Positions 47,766-59,700 of a stretch of 64,000 bases of DNA are shown one piece after another (within the stretch, counting starts at the first letter, position 1; every line of letters begins with the position of its first letter). This stretch comes from Deferribacterales bacterium (GTDB lineage: Bacteria > Chrysiogenota > Deferribacteres > Deferribacterales > Geovibrionaceae): NCBI GenBank assembly GCA_050253075.1, contig JBFWJS010000004.1:192001-256000 (forward strand), written 5' to 3'. The position numbers and the translations under genes were made by a program. A model generated the notes under the pieces. It worked only from the letters and a program-made list of their open reading frames with translations. It was not told the DNA's origin and did not search any database.

Positions 47766-50700
47766 ATGATCCGCAAAAGAAACAATCTTAAGATAAGACT
47801 TATCGTTAAGATAACATCCCTGATAGCCGTCACCACAATACTTATGATCGCTATCACCGGGGTGGTAACATATTATAAATTTGACTCTCAGGTAAGAACC
47901 AACCTGGAGTATGTTCAGTCTGACATCCTGCAGGATGTTGAGAACAGAGTGCAGTACCTCATGGAGACTGCGCACAATTTCAGCAATAACAATCTCGTCG
48001 TCAGCGGCGTTATAGACGAAAAGCACCGCACTATGTATCTGCCGAAGATGCTGAACGAGCTCTCCTCAAACATGGGGATAGCATTCGCCGTCATATACGA
48101 CTTCGCAGGGAACCCCATAGCAGACAGCAACTCTGTCGTCACCAGCATATTCGAAGAGAAAGACGTGCGCTACACCCTCATAAACGGCTCCACCCACATC
48201 GCATATAACAGAGGCTACATACTGGTTTACAACCCTGTGATGTTTTACAACACGCCTCAGGCTGTGACAGCTATCGCAGTGGACCTTAAGACCATCTTTT
48301 ACCGTATGTGCAGCCACACCAGAAACACATCGATCAGCCTCTTTCTGAATAATGAAGAGATAGCAAACTTCGGATATACAGAGGGGAAGACATACCGTGT
48401 CGGCGAGATAAAGCGTTACAAAGAGCTGACGGCTCTCTACAACCTTAACATAGGCATAAGATACAGCCCGACCATAGAGATGTTCTTCAGACCTGTGACA
48501 GAGGTTCTCCTTCCGCTCCTTCTGATCGGTACACTTTTCATATTTGTCGCTGTCATGGCGGGGCTTAAGCTCGCACGTGACATATCCGAGCCTATATTGG
48601 AGCTGGTGAACAGAGTGAACGCCATAGCACCGGGAGAGAAATCAAACTGCGCACCTCTGGGCACAGACGACGAACTCGAAGTGCTGGCATACGCATTCGA
48701 CGAAAAAACGGAAGAGCTGACAAACGCTCAGGCGATGCTGAAGGCATACTCTGACGAACTGCGGGTGTCAAACACCGAGCTGGAAAAGCGTGTAAACGAA
48801 AGGACAGAAGAGCTCGTACACGCCAAAGAGCGTGCAGAAGCGGCGAATGTTATGAAGAGCCAGTTCCTCGCAAACATGAGCCACGAAATACGCACGCCGA
48901 TGAACGCCATACTAGGCTTCAATCAGCTCCTGTCGAAAACAGACCCGAATGAGAAACAGCTCGAGTATGTAAACAAAACATATCAGGCAGCACACCACCT
49001 CCTCGGGATCATAAACGACATTCTGGATATTACAAAGATAGAGTCAGGAATGATGACCATCGAAAAGACCACATTCCACCTCTTTGACATGCTGAACAAC
49101 GTGAAGCAGATCATAAAACCGAAGGCCGATGAAAAAGGCCTTACATTTAACATGTATTTTCAGACGGACATGCCCGCACACTATGCGGGAGACCCGCTCC
49201 GCATAGGACAGATACTCATAAACCTGATAACAAACGCAGTGAAATTCACCGACAGCGGAAGCGTAACCGTGAACCTCTCTGCGGAGAATCAGGATGAAGA
49301 TACCGTAATGCTCCGCTTCGCCATAATAGACTCCGGCATAGGTATGAGCAGGAAAACGGTAGATAAGCTGTTCAAGCCTTTCCAGCAGGCCGAGAGCTCC
49401 ACAGCGAGGAAATACGGCGGCACAGGGCTCGGGCTTTCCATCAGCAGACAGCTCGCAAAGCTGATGGGCGGTTCAATATCCGTTGAGAGCACCGAGGGGA
49501 AAGGGAGTACATTCACCCTTACTATCCCGCTGGAACACGTGCTGAGAGAAGACCGCACAGACATGCTCCACTTCCCTAATACAAAAGTGCTGGCTGTCGG
49601 ATTCAATAAAGAAAACGATAGTTTCATCAATTATATAAGCAGCCTTGTAGGCACAATGGACGTATGCTGCGATACTGAGAGCGGATGCGGATATGTGGAT
49701 GCCATAATGGCGAGAGACTCCCACTATAACCTTGTCTTTGTAAACGACCTGAACGATGTAACGGAACACGCCCTGCAAAAGCTGGAAAAGATGACCGGCA
49801 GGTTCGGCAGGATATATGTCGCCCTCATGAAAAGACCTGAGAATCTGGAAGAGATCGAAAGCAGCTACCCTTCCATAATATTCAACGTAGTATCGCCTCA
49901 GATGGAGACATCAGAGATACTGAACCTCATATACAACAGCTCGTCAGAGATAACAAAGATAGCCCCTGAGCTGGTTATAAAGACCGCTCCGGATATGCTG
50001 ACGATGGACAAGCGCATACTTGTGGTCGAGGATAACGAGGTAAACAGGCAGATACTTCAGGAACTGCTGAAACATGCGGGCATTTCATCCAAAGCGCTGA
50101 ACAACGGCGCAGAGGCCGTGGAGCATCTTTCCGACCCGGATAATGCAAGGAAATACAGCCTCGTCTTCATGGATATACAGATGCCTGTAATGGACGGATA
50201 TCAGGCAGCAGACGCCCTTATGAGACTGCCTCACATGAAGGCTCTGCCGATAGTTGCGCTCACGGCCGACGCTGTGGACGAAAGCCTGAAAAGAGCCAAA
50301 GAAGTGGGCATGACCGGCTATATAACAAAGCCTTATTCCCTTAATAAGATACTCGAGGCAATCGGCAAATGGTCTAAGATAAAAGTTGTCTACCATGAAG
50401 CAGATAAGCAAACATCCGAAGATAATTCAGCCATATACGGCATAGATAAAAAGAAATGGTTCGACTCATACGCAGAGGATGAAGAGCTCTTCAACGAGGC
50501 TCTCCATATATTCTCTGAACACAGCTGTCAGGACACACGGCACGCTCTGGATCTCATCATAGAAGGCAAGCTGGATGAAGCCAGAAGGAAGACGCACAGC
50601 TTTGTCGGTGCAGCGGGTGCATGCTGTCTCACAGACGGATATATAATGGTGAAGGAACTGGACAACGACCTCACAAACGGCTCCGAAGATATAGCCTCAC

Positions 50701-51014
50701 TTGTGAAAAAGGCTGAGAAACTTGAGGAAGAAGTCTCGAAAGTAACCGCTGCTATAAAGACTTACCTAGCAAACATAAAAACTGAAACCAAAGCAGGTTC
50801 AAGTACGAAGCCAGACCCTGAGATGCTGACAAAATTGATTGTTCTCCTGGAAGACGGAGACATTGAAGCAAGGAAATTTTTCTCTAACAATAAAGATGCA
50901 CTTACTGTATACTTAGACTCGAAATCTCTTAAAGCATTGGAGAGCAACATCTCTTCATTCAATTTCAACGAGGCGCTGGAGATTTTGAAAAAGAACCTGA
51001 ACAACGAGGGATGA
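47766..51014 (+). CDS. Hybrid sensor kinase (periplasmic-HAMP-HisKA-HATPase-REC-HPt)
   Basis: [30 protein letters not shown] (VEDN, FMDIQMP, TKP); HPt-like THSFVGAAG. Confidence 0.92.
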   Translation: MIRKRNNLKIRLIVKITSLIAVTTILMIAITGVVTYYKFDSQVRTNLEYVQSDILQDVENRVQYLMETAHNFSNNNLVVSGVIDEKHRTMYLPKMLNELSSNMGIAFAVIYDFAGNPIADSNSVVTSIFEEKDVRYTLINGSTHIAYNRGYILVYNPVMFYNTPQAVTAIAVDLKTIFYRMCSHTRNTSISLFLNNEEIANFGYTEGKTYRVGEIKRYKELTALYNLNIGIRYSPTIEMFFRPVTEVLLPLLLIGTLFIFVAVMAGLKLARDISEPILELVNRVNAIAPGEKSNCAPLGTDDELEVLAYAFDEKTEELTNAQAMLKAYSDELRVSNTELEKRVNERTEELVHAKERAEAANVMKSQFLANMSHEIRTPMNAILGFNQLLSKTDPNEKQLEYVNKTYQAAHHLLGIINDILDITKIESGMMTIEKTTFHLFDMLNNVKQIIKPKADEKGLTFNMYFQTDMPAHYAGDPLRIGQILINLITNAVKFTDSGSVTVNLSAENQDEDTVMLRFAIIDSGIGMSRKTVDKLFKPFQQAESSTARKYGGTGLGLSISRQLAKLMGGSISVESTEGKGSTFTLTIPLEHVLREDRTDMLHFPNTKVLAVGFNKENDSFINYISSLVGTMDVCCDTESGCGYVDAIMARDSHYNLVFVNDLNDVTEHALQKLEKMTGRFGRIYVALMKRPENLEEIESSYPSIIFNVVSPQMETSEILNLIYNSSSEITKIAPELVIKTAPDMLTMDKRILVVEDNEVNRQILQELLKHAGISSKALNNGAEAVEHLSDPDNARKYSLVFMDIQMPVMDGYQAADALMRLPHMKALPIVALTADAVDESLKRAKEVGMTGYITKPYSLNKILEAIGKWSKIKVVYHEADKQTSEDNSAIYGIDKKKWFDSYAEDEELFNEALHIFSEHSCQDTRHALDLIIEGKLDEARRKTHSFVGAAGACCLTDGYIMVKELDNDLTNGSEDIASLVKKAEKLEEEVSKVTAAIKTYLANIKTETKAGSSTKPDPEMLTKLIVLLEDGDIEARKFFSNNKDALTVYLDSKSLKALESNISSFNFNEALEILKKNLNNEG

Positions 51015-51015
51015 T

Positions 51016-52086
51016 GTGCCTAGAGTATTGATCATCGACGATACCCCCGAAAATCTGATGATACTGGCGGAAGCCCTGCAGGAAGACTATGCGGTGAGCG
51101 CCGCAAACTCTGCAAAGTCAGCACTGAAGCTTCTGGATAAAGGGCTCGAATTCGACCTCATCCTCTCAGACGTCATGATGCCGGAGATCAGCGGATACGA
51201 TTTCCTCGAGATCATAAGCAGACGTGAAGACTGTAAGGGGATCCCCGTGATGTTCCTCACTGCCTTGTCGGATAATAAAGACGAATACAAAGGGCTCTCG
51301 CTGGGCGCTGTGGATTATGTCACAAAGCCCATAAACATCCCCCTGCTGAAAGCAAGGATAAAGAACCACATCGCACACAAGATGCTGCGGGACAACCTCG
51401 AAAAAGAAGTGCGCGAACGCACCGAGCAGGTAGTTTTCTCCCAGCAGATACTCATAGAGGGGCTCGGCACCCTGGCCGAATTCCGTGACCCTGAAACAGG
51501 CGAACACATTAAGCGCACTCAGCTTTATGTACGCTTGGTCGCCGACTATCTCCGCACAGAAAATCCGAAGTATAAAGACATAATATCCGAGGACGATGTC
51601 GCAACAATGTTCCGTGCAGCCCCCCTGCACGACATAGGCAAAGTCGGCATATCAGACTCAATCCTTTTAAAGGAAGGCCCTCTCACACAGGAAGAATTCG
51701 AAAAGATGAAGCACCATACCCTTTACGGATTCGCCGCACTCAGAAAAATACATCTGAAAAACCCGGACAACAACCTTGTGAGAACAGGGATGGACATAGC
51801 ACTAAACCACCATGAGAAATGGGACGGCTCCGGCTACCCGCAGGGCGCATCAGGCGAAGAGATACCCCTTTCAGCCAGAATAATGGCGGTATCAGACATA
51901 TACGATGCACTCCGCAGCGCCAGACCGTACAAGCCCGCATTCGAACACGACAGATGCGTCAGCATCATAACCGAAGGGGACGGCAGGACAGAGCCTTCGC
52001 ATTTTGACCCTGATGTTCTAGACGCTTTTAAGGCTATAAAAGATAAATTCTACACAATTTCCGTAGAGTATGCCGATAAAAATTAG
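51016..52086 (+). CDS. REC-HD-GYP c-di-GMP phosphodiesterase (RpfG-like)
   Basis: IIDD, SDVMMP; HDIGK; HHEKWDGSGYP. Confidence 0.92.
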   Translation: MPRVLIIDDTPENLMILAEALQEDYAVSAANSAKSALKLLDKGLEFDLILSDVMMPEISGYDFLEIISRREDCKGIPVMFLTALSDNKDEYKGLSLGAVDYVTKPINIPLLKARIKNHIAHKMLRDNLEKEVRERTEQVVFSQQILIEGLGTLAEFRDPETGEHIKRTQLYVRLVADYLRTENPKYKDIISEDDVATMFRAAPLHDIGKVGISDSILLKEGPLTQEEFEKMKHHTLYGFAALRKIHLKNPDNNLVRTGMDIALNHHEKWDGSGYPQGASGEEIPLSARIMAVSDIYDALRSARPYKPAFEHDRCVSIITEGDGRTEPSHFDPDVLDAFKAIKDKFYTISVEYADKN

Positions 52087-52170
52087 ACACAAAAACATTT
52101 ACAATATCTCTTAACTATTTTATTAAACTTTAAAACAATATTGTGTTAATGTTTATTAACAAAGGTGCTT

Positions 52171-53730
52171 ATGTCTCTCAAATTAAAAACAACACTGATC
52201 TTTTTTATTGCTTTTATAATTGCATTCAGCTGTCTCGGATTTTATATGGACAGAACAATCTTCAGCGTTTTCACACAGCTGGAGAAGAATCACTTCATCA
52301 AGATAGGCAATCAGATAGTCAAAAGCTTTGAAAACAGGATGAACTATTACGAGGCATTTCTCACCGACTGGTCGGTATGGGACGACACTTATAATTTCGT
52401 AGAGGATCTGAACGAAGAATATAAATCAAGCAACCTCACAGGATCCGTGCTCGAAGATATCGGGCTTTCCGCTATACTCTTTTTTGATGATCACATGAAT
52501 CTCAAGCATTCATTCTATAAAAATGAACTAAAGCATGACATATCAGAACTAGCTGCCGACATAGGTAAAAACAGGAAAAAAATAACAGAGATAGCTGTCA
52601 CCGGACAGTCGGATTTCTTCATGCAGACGGAAACCTCTGCTAAGAGATTCCTTTGTGTTATCGCTCCGATAGTACCTTCGAACGAAGATAAGCCGATGCG
52701 CGGTTTCATGGTTATGACCGCACTATTCGATAAGAATCTGGTGGAAAAGCTCTCCGAGCTGACAGGCTATGAGCTCACATACCACACAGACGTAGACTCA
52801 ACAGAGCATCAGGGCGGAGATTTCACCCGTGTGAGCAAACAGATATCCCACTCTCTGAAATACTCCGACCACAATACTGTCTATCAGGATTTCTTCCTTT
52901 ACGATCTCAATGACAAAAAGATACTCGCCATACGCCTTGAGCAAGACAGAGCATTCAACACTCATATGAAAAACGTACTGAAAAACTCTATGCTCACACT
53001 CGCCGTATCAGGTCTCTTCACGATAATTCTTGTCGGCTTCATACTGGACAAGCTGGTGCTTTCAGAGCTCAGGATGAAGATACAAAGATTCCGCGAGATA
53101 GAGCAGAGCAACGACATCTCCCTCCGTCTGGACGAGACAGGTGCAAGAGAGCTGAAAGAGCTGGCACAGGCGGCTAACGGAGCCCTCGACCGCATAGAGA
53201 TACTTAACGACCAGCTCATCGCAATGTCTAACATAGACAGCCTGACAGGCATCGCAAACAGGAAGTTCTTCGACGAGCAGTACCTTCTGCACTATAAAAA
53301 TGCCGCAAGGGAAGACAAGCTGATATCCATACTGATGATAGACATAGACTACTTTAAAGATTACAACGACGCATACGGCCACCTCGCAGGAGACCAATGC
53401 CTGCGCAGTGTCGCAGAGATAATAAACAACTCACTGAAACGCCCCATAGACGTAGCAGCGAGATACGGCGGTGAGGAATTCATCGTGATGCTTTACGACA
53501 CAAACGAAGAGGGTGCACTGCACATCGCCGAATCAATCAGAAAGAATGTTCAGTCCGCCGTAAAACCCCATAAGGCTTCCAAATGCGCAGACTGTATCAC
53601 AGTCAGCATAGGAACCGCCACATCAAAACCGAGCAGGATGTCCAGCAGTATCGACCTGATAGCAAACGCCGACAAAGCTCTCTACGAAGCTAAAGTTTCA
53701 GGCAGAAATTCTACCAGACAATTTTCCTAA
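52171..53730 (+). CDS. Membrane diguanylate cyclase (CHASE4-GGDEF)
   Basis: DWSVWDDTYNF (CHASE4); DSLTG, DIDYFK; RPID I-site; RYGGEEF. Confidence 0.92.
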   Translation: MSLKLKTTLIFFIAFIIAFSCLGFYMDRTIFSVFTQLEKNHFIKIGNQIVKSFENRMNYYEAFLTDWSVWDDTYNFVEDLNEEYKSSNLTGSVLEDIGLSAILFFDDHMNLKHSFYKNELKHDISELAADIGKNRKKITEIAVTGQSDFFMQTETSAKRFLCVIAPIVPSNEDKPMRGFMVMTALFDKNLVEKLSELTGYELTYHTDVDSTEHQGGDFTRVSKQISHSLKYSDHNTVYQDFFLYDLNDKKILAIRLEQDRAFNTHMKNVLKNSMLTLAVSGLFTIILVGFILDKLVLSELRMKIQRFREIEQSNDISLRLDETGARELKELAQAANGALDRIEILNDQLIAMSNIDSLTGIANRKFFDEQYLLHYKNAAREDKLISILMIDIDYFKDYNDAYGHLAGDQCLRSVAEIINNSLKRPIDVAARYGGEEFIVMLYDTNEEGALHIAESIRKNVQSAVKPHKASKCADCITVSIGTATSKPSRMSSSIDLIANADKALYEAKVSGRNSTRQFS

Positions 53731-53734
53731 CAAC

Positions 53735-53766
53735 AAAAAAAGGCTGCCTTTTAAAGACAGCCTTTT
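53735..53766. terminator. Bidirectional terminator
   Basis: AAAAGGCTG...CAGCCTTTT between the GGDEF gene and the adhesin. Confidence 0.75.
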
Positions 53767-53793
53767 ATAGTACTTAAGCAGGTCAGAGATGTA

Positions 53794-56700
53794 TTATCCC
53801 TGACATCCGTCATTACTGTTATTATCATCGAATGTGATGATCTTAGAGGCAGGGTCGAAGTCGAAGCTGCCCTGAATATGAACCTCTGCGCCTGAGCCGT
53901 CATTCGCTGTGAATGTACCTGTCTGGTTGTCGTATGACCAGTCATTGCTCATCTGTACCTGATCGCCCTCTCCGCCTGTGATGGTGAGGATGCGGTCTTC
54001 ATCTGTGAGACCGAGTACGTCATCTACATTAAGCGTATTGATGATCTGCGCTGCATCATCGTCAGACATATTTATCAGGTCTATGTGTCCATAGCTTTCC
54101 ACATTGCTGAAGTCTATGCTTCCTGTATCCAGTGTGGATTCTGCCATATCGTATGTATCGGCAGCCTGATACTCTACAGGTTTCACGATGAAGTTGACAT
54201 CGCCTGTTCCATCAGGGTCGATGGCAGGGTCGTTGTTAGAGTGACCGTTACCGTTGTTGCCCGCATCAAAAACTATGTACTGGAACGGAACATCAGATGT
54301 AAATGTCGCTGTAGTGCCGTCGAATGTCACACTTGCGTGTGATGGGTCGATAGCGTCACCGTTGGCATCGTATATCAGCCATGTTGTAGAGCCGACGCCT
54401 GAATCTGTCGCGTCGCTGTCTGCGTTGTAGAATTCGAATGTAGCGGAAGTAACATCGTCATGTATGTGGAATGAGATGCTTTCGCTTGTTTCAATGTCGA
54501 AATCCTCAGAGTTATTATTCGACTCATTTACAGACCTGACAGCATAAAATCCGTCTTCGTTGATGGCTTCGGCATTGTTGCCTGTAGGGGCGTATTCGTT
54601 GCTGTTGCCATAGTTGCCGCCTCTGTGTCCGAATGCATCGAAGTTTCCGTCAAGGCTGTGTATCTCAGGAGTGTATTCCTGTGCAGGTACATCGATGGAT
54701 ACGCTTGTATGCGCTGTTGTTGTTATAGTGCTGTCTGCGCCGTCTGCCACAGTTACGCTGATATCGCGAGCATCCAGACTGTCTGATTCTGTGCTGAATG
54801 TCACACTGCCGAGAGCATTTTCGAAGTGCTCTATACCTACGGCTGAACCGTCCTCGGACGCTATAGTCATGGATGTGCCGTCTTCGCTGTATGTAACTTT
54901 CAGTCCGCCGCCGAGAGCCGTCTCGTCGATGTTCAGAGTGTCAAGTGCATCAAAGTTGCCTGTGATGGCTATTGTCATGGAAGTGAGTGTAGTATCGTCC
55001 ATGTCCTGTATGTACAGGTCCGCTGCTGCGATAGCAACACCCTGATCGCTTCCCATAGTATATGTTGTGCTGTAGTCCACTGTCTCTTCGGAGAAGTCGA
55101 GCCCTTCCGGTCCGTTCAGGTCTATGAAAGGAGCTTCGTTTGCAACGACAGCTTCTCCCGGTACATCCACGTGGACAACTGCTTCAGCAAGCTCGGATAC
55201 ATCGCCGTTGCCTGATTCAACTGCCGCAGCAGAGAGTGTCAGGTCGAAATCGGCTGTGCCCGCAGGCACAGTCATAGTTACCTCGCCGTGATATGTGGTG
55301 AGGTTTTCCACGCTGATGGTCCATGTGCCGTCGCCGTTGTCGGTACCGATGCTGAGCTCTGCGCCTTCAGGCAGACCGCTGAGTGTGAGCGACTCGAGGC
55401 TTTCGTATGAAACTGCGCCGTTGAGGTCTGTCACTGCTGCATCGAGTGTGAGAGTGAACTCTACTGAGTCAGGTGTGGCAACGAGCTGTACATTGTCGAT
55501 GGCCATACCGTGGTTGTCATATGCTGTACCTATCTCTTTGAACTCGAGACGGTCGTTTCCGTTACCGGCTCCGCCGATGACTTCTACAGTGTATGACTCC
55601 CATGTCGTGTTGTCGCCTGTTATAGTGGCGATAACTTCACCGCCCCAGATAACCTGCATAGCGCCGCTTGCAGGATTGTTTGCGATGGCAGCTTTATCCA
55701 CATAGTCGAATGTGAGTGTATAGCTTTCGCCTTCTTCCAGTCCGCTGAGGACCTGACCTATGTGTGTGTTGTCACGGTCGCCGTCGTTGGAGCTGTTTGT
55801 CTCGCCGAGGTCCATATAGTTTGTACCGTCTGTAGAGCCGACGCTCATATGGCCTGCATTATGTATCTCCATAGTGTTCGATGTTTCTGATGCTTCACCC
55901 ACAAGCTCCCATCCGGGGATAGAGGTCATAGCTTTGTATGAACCGCTGTTGATATTGCTAGAGCTGGAGTAGCCGCCGTTAGGCTTGATGCCTGTTACAT
56001 CTTCGAAGCTGCCGTTCACAATGAGGTTAGCTGTGGATTCTGTAACCGCTTCGGAAATGCTGAGTGATACGCTAGGTGCATCTGCCACAGGGTTCACTGT
56101 CACGTTAACAGTCGCTGTGGATGTAGCTCCGTCTGCGTCTGTCACTGTGTATGTGAAGCTGTCCTCTCCGCTGAAATCGTCAGCAGGAGTGTATGAGAAT
56201 GTTCCGTCTGAGTTCTGTACCACAGAGCCGTTAGCACCCTGAGTAAACTCAGTGATAGAAGCAGGACCTTCCGCATCGCTGAAATCGCCTGAAACATCTA
56301 TGCGGATGGCTGTGTCCTCATCGCCCGATACATATGCATCGGTAACGACAGGTGCTTCGTTTGCACCGTTTATTGTTATGTTCAGATCAGCAGAGCTTGA
56401 TTCCTTGCCGTCTGAGATAGTGTATGTGAATGTCTCTGTGAGAGTCTGACCGTCGCTCAGCCCTTTCACGTCTGTGTTTTCGCTGTCGAGCTCGTATGTG
56501 TATGTACCGTCTGAGTTGATTGTCAGAGTACCGTACTCTCCCTCTATCACAGTGTCGCCGTCGACATCGCTTCCGTCCACGTCTGTAACGCTGAGGCTGT
56601 CGCCGTCAGGGTCAGAGTCGTTTGCAAGGACATCGCCTGTGAGAATAACAGATTCATCAGAGCCTGCGTCCACGCCTGTGTATCCGTCAGCCAGCTCGAA

Positions 56701-59700
56701 TGTTATCTCGCCTACGCTGACCGTACCGCCTGTGGATACGGCTTTCAGCCCTTCGACTTCGTCGGCAGAGACTGTCCATGTGCCGTCACCGTTGTCTGTA
56801 CCTGCGCTGAGAGTAGCGTTTGTCACAGTGATAGTGAAGCTGTCAACCTCAGCACCCGCAGGGTCTGTTGTGATGACAACGTCATACTCTGTGCTTCCTT
56901 CGGAATATCCGCCGAACCTGATCTCTTCTATCTCGTTCACAGTGATCATCTGGCCTGTGCCTTTGTCTATGATCTGGGTATTTATCATACCGTTATTGTT
57001 TGTGTAGTTCTGGAATGTGTAGTCACTCTGAGAACCGCCGAGTATAAGTATGTCGTGTCCGCTTCCGCCGGCTATGGCAGTATTTCCGTTAATAGGTCCG
57101 TTAAGGAGGAAAATATCGTTTCCGTCGCCGGCATTGATATTATTTCCGCCCTCTGTGCTGCCCACCATGTAGAAGTTGCGCTCTGCGCCTCCGTTGATGT
57201 TAAAGTTCAGCGACAGGTCGCCGAGGTCTGTCACGACAACGCCTGTGAGGTCGATATCGCTGTTTGCTCCGCCCGCTGTTGTCTCGTTTGTGAGCTCTAC
57301 AGTTGCAGTAACATCGACAGCCTCTGCACCGGCAGCAGTAACTGTGCCGTAGTCATCAGCAGCCACAGGCGCATCATTGATGCCGTTGACCGTGATGGAA
57401 AGTGTCGCGATGTCTGTAGCTCCTTCGGAGTCTGCAACAGTGTAAGAGAATTTATCCAGTGCGGACTCTCCGTCTCCCATAGCCTGAACAGCAGGGTTTT
57501 CTGTGTCCAGAGTATAAACGTATGAGCCGTCGCTGTTTATTGTAAGTGTTCCGTACTCGCCCTGTACTGTTATAGAGCCGTCTGACATGTTGTCCAGAGC
57601 GACAGAGTCGGATGTCTCTCCGCCTGCTTCTGCGCCTGTCACAGTGAGCTGAACGTTAGTACCGTTTGAGCTGTCTGACCAGTCGATGTCCTCAGGGTCT
57701 GTATCGTTAAGGAGTACATTGCCGATAACTTTTGATGTGTCGGCTATGTTCACGAGTGTCTCTGCAAGTCCGTGCTCGTCATTCACCAGCAGAACCTGAC
57801 CGTTCTCACCCGCTACGAGTGAAAGCTGAGAAGAAGCAGCGTTCACGCCTATGCCGACTGCATAAACGTTAGAGAAGTTTGCTCCTGCGAACTCATTCCA
57901 AACGCCTGCTTCGCTTGAGCTGATGCTGTTGCTGTTGGAACGTCCGTCCTCATAGTCTGATCCCTGAGGAGATCCGTCAGACAGGAAGTACATAACAGTC
58001 TCGTCAGCCGCAGGCATAGAGCCGTCAGCCGTGCTGGATTCATAGTTGTCCATGATCATCTGCAGAGCACTGTCATAGTCTGTGTTCAGGTTGTTCTGAT
58101 CAAATGGGATCTCGAAATTAGTTATTAAGTCCATAGCTTCGTCGTATGTGAGCCACACACCGTTCTGACCAGTGTTTGTGGAAACATCGCCGAAGAACTC
58201 AACGAGCATAACACCGCCGACCTCGCTAGGCTCATAGCTTCCCAGCATCTCTTTAAGAGAATCGAGAGCTATCTGGAGGCGTGTCTCGTCACCTTTGATG
58301 TCGTTGTATCTGTCATGGAACATACTGCCTGATGTATCGAGAGCGATAACAATGTTCAGGCTGGATGTGTCAGACACATCGGATATAGTGTTTACATCAT
58401 CGACAGCCAGAGGCGCATCGTTCACAGGGACAACTTCCACTGTGATGTTTGCTGCGTTGCTCCATGCCTCGCCGTCACTCACCTCTACTCTGAACTCTCT
58501 GTCAGCGGTATCAGGTGTGTCTGATGTGTTGTTGTACATGATGGATTCGACAGCCTGAGCAAAGTCCTCGTTGCTCATCTCTTCACCTGAGTTGGTGAAT
58601 GTGATAACGCCGTCTGTAATGTCATATTCTATGCCGTCAGGAAGCATGTTCTCGTCTATGCTGAGTACATCTTCGCCCGGCTGATAGTTTTCAAGTGTTA
58701 CCTTCAGCTCAAACATTGTGGTGTCGTCCACGTCTGTCACTGTCACGTCCTGTACGATGTGTATCGCACCGCCGTCCTCAGTGAAAACAGCCGCTTGGTC
58801 TGTCTCTGTGACGTCCACTCTGAAGTCTGTGTCGTTTGTCGCATCTTTGCCGTAGAGGTCTTCGATGGCGATGGTCACAGAGCCGTCTGCATTTTCAGTG
58901 ACGGCGAAGTGGTCTTTGCCGTCTTTGTTCAGGTCGTTGTCAGAGTAGAAAACGTTCTTAGTAACTTCAACACCGTCGATGGACATAACAGGCTTGCCGT
59001 TTACCATCTCGAATGTAACCTCGCCCTCTTCATATCCGCCTGCGCCGATATTAGAGATGAGGAAGAAGTGTACGTTTGATGCTGCAGTGTCGTATGTGCC
59101 GAGGTCGAAGTTTATATCGCCTTTGGAATCGCCTGCGAGTATCTCACCGCTGACAGGGTTGCCGTCTGCATCTGTGAAGTAAACACCGAATGCATTCGTA
59201 TAGCTTGCGCCTGTGTTGATGGAGTTAAATGTGACGCTTGTCTCCACATCATTCACTGTCACCACAGGGGCATCATTCACAGGGTCTACGACTATTGTGA
59301 CTGTGGCAGGCTCAGAGAGTGCTCCGTCTGCATCTGTCACCTGATATGTGAATGTGTCTGTACCGTTAAAGTCGGCATCAGGTGTGTATGTGAATGTTCC
59401 GTCTGCGTTGAGTACAACAGTACCGTTAGCAGGCTGTTCGAATGTGGATATGCTTACATCGCCTTCGACGTCGCTGTCGTTAACGAGGGCGTCGAATGTG
59501 ATGCCGCCTTCGATGTCTTCTGTAGTGCTGTAGCTGTCGTCGCCTGCTACAGGTGCGTCGTTCACTGATTCCACATTTACTGTGAAGTCTGCAACGTTGC
59601 TTGTGAGACCTGTATCGTCAGTGACGGACACTGTGAATTCTCTCGGTGTCTCGTCAGGGTCCTGAGATGTGTTTTCGAATGTCACCATCTTAAGTGCTGT

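Noticed and set aside
52144..52161. TGTTAAT-N4-ATTAACA palindrome (similar one at 33559-33575) as a shared operator
   Set aside because: The spacers differ and both lie in very AT-rich DNA where such palindromes arise by chance.
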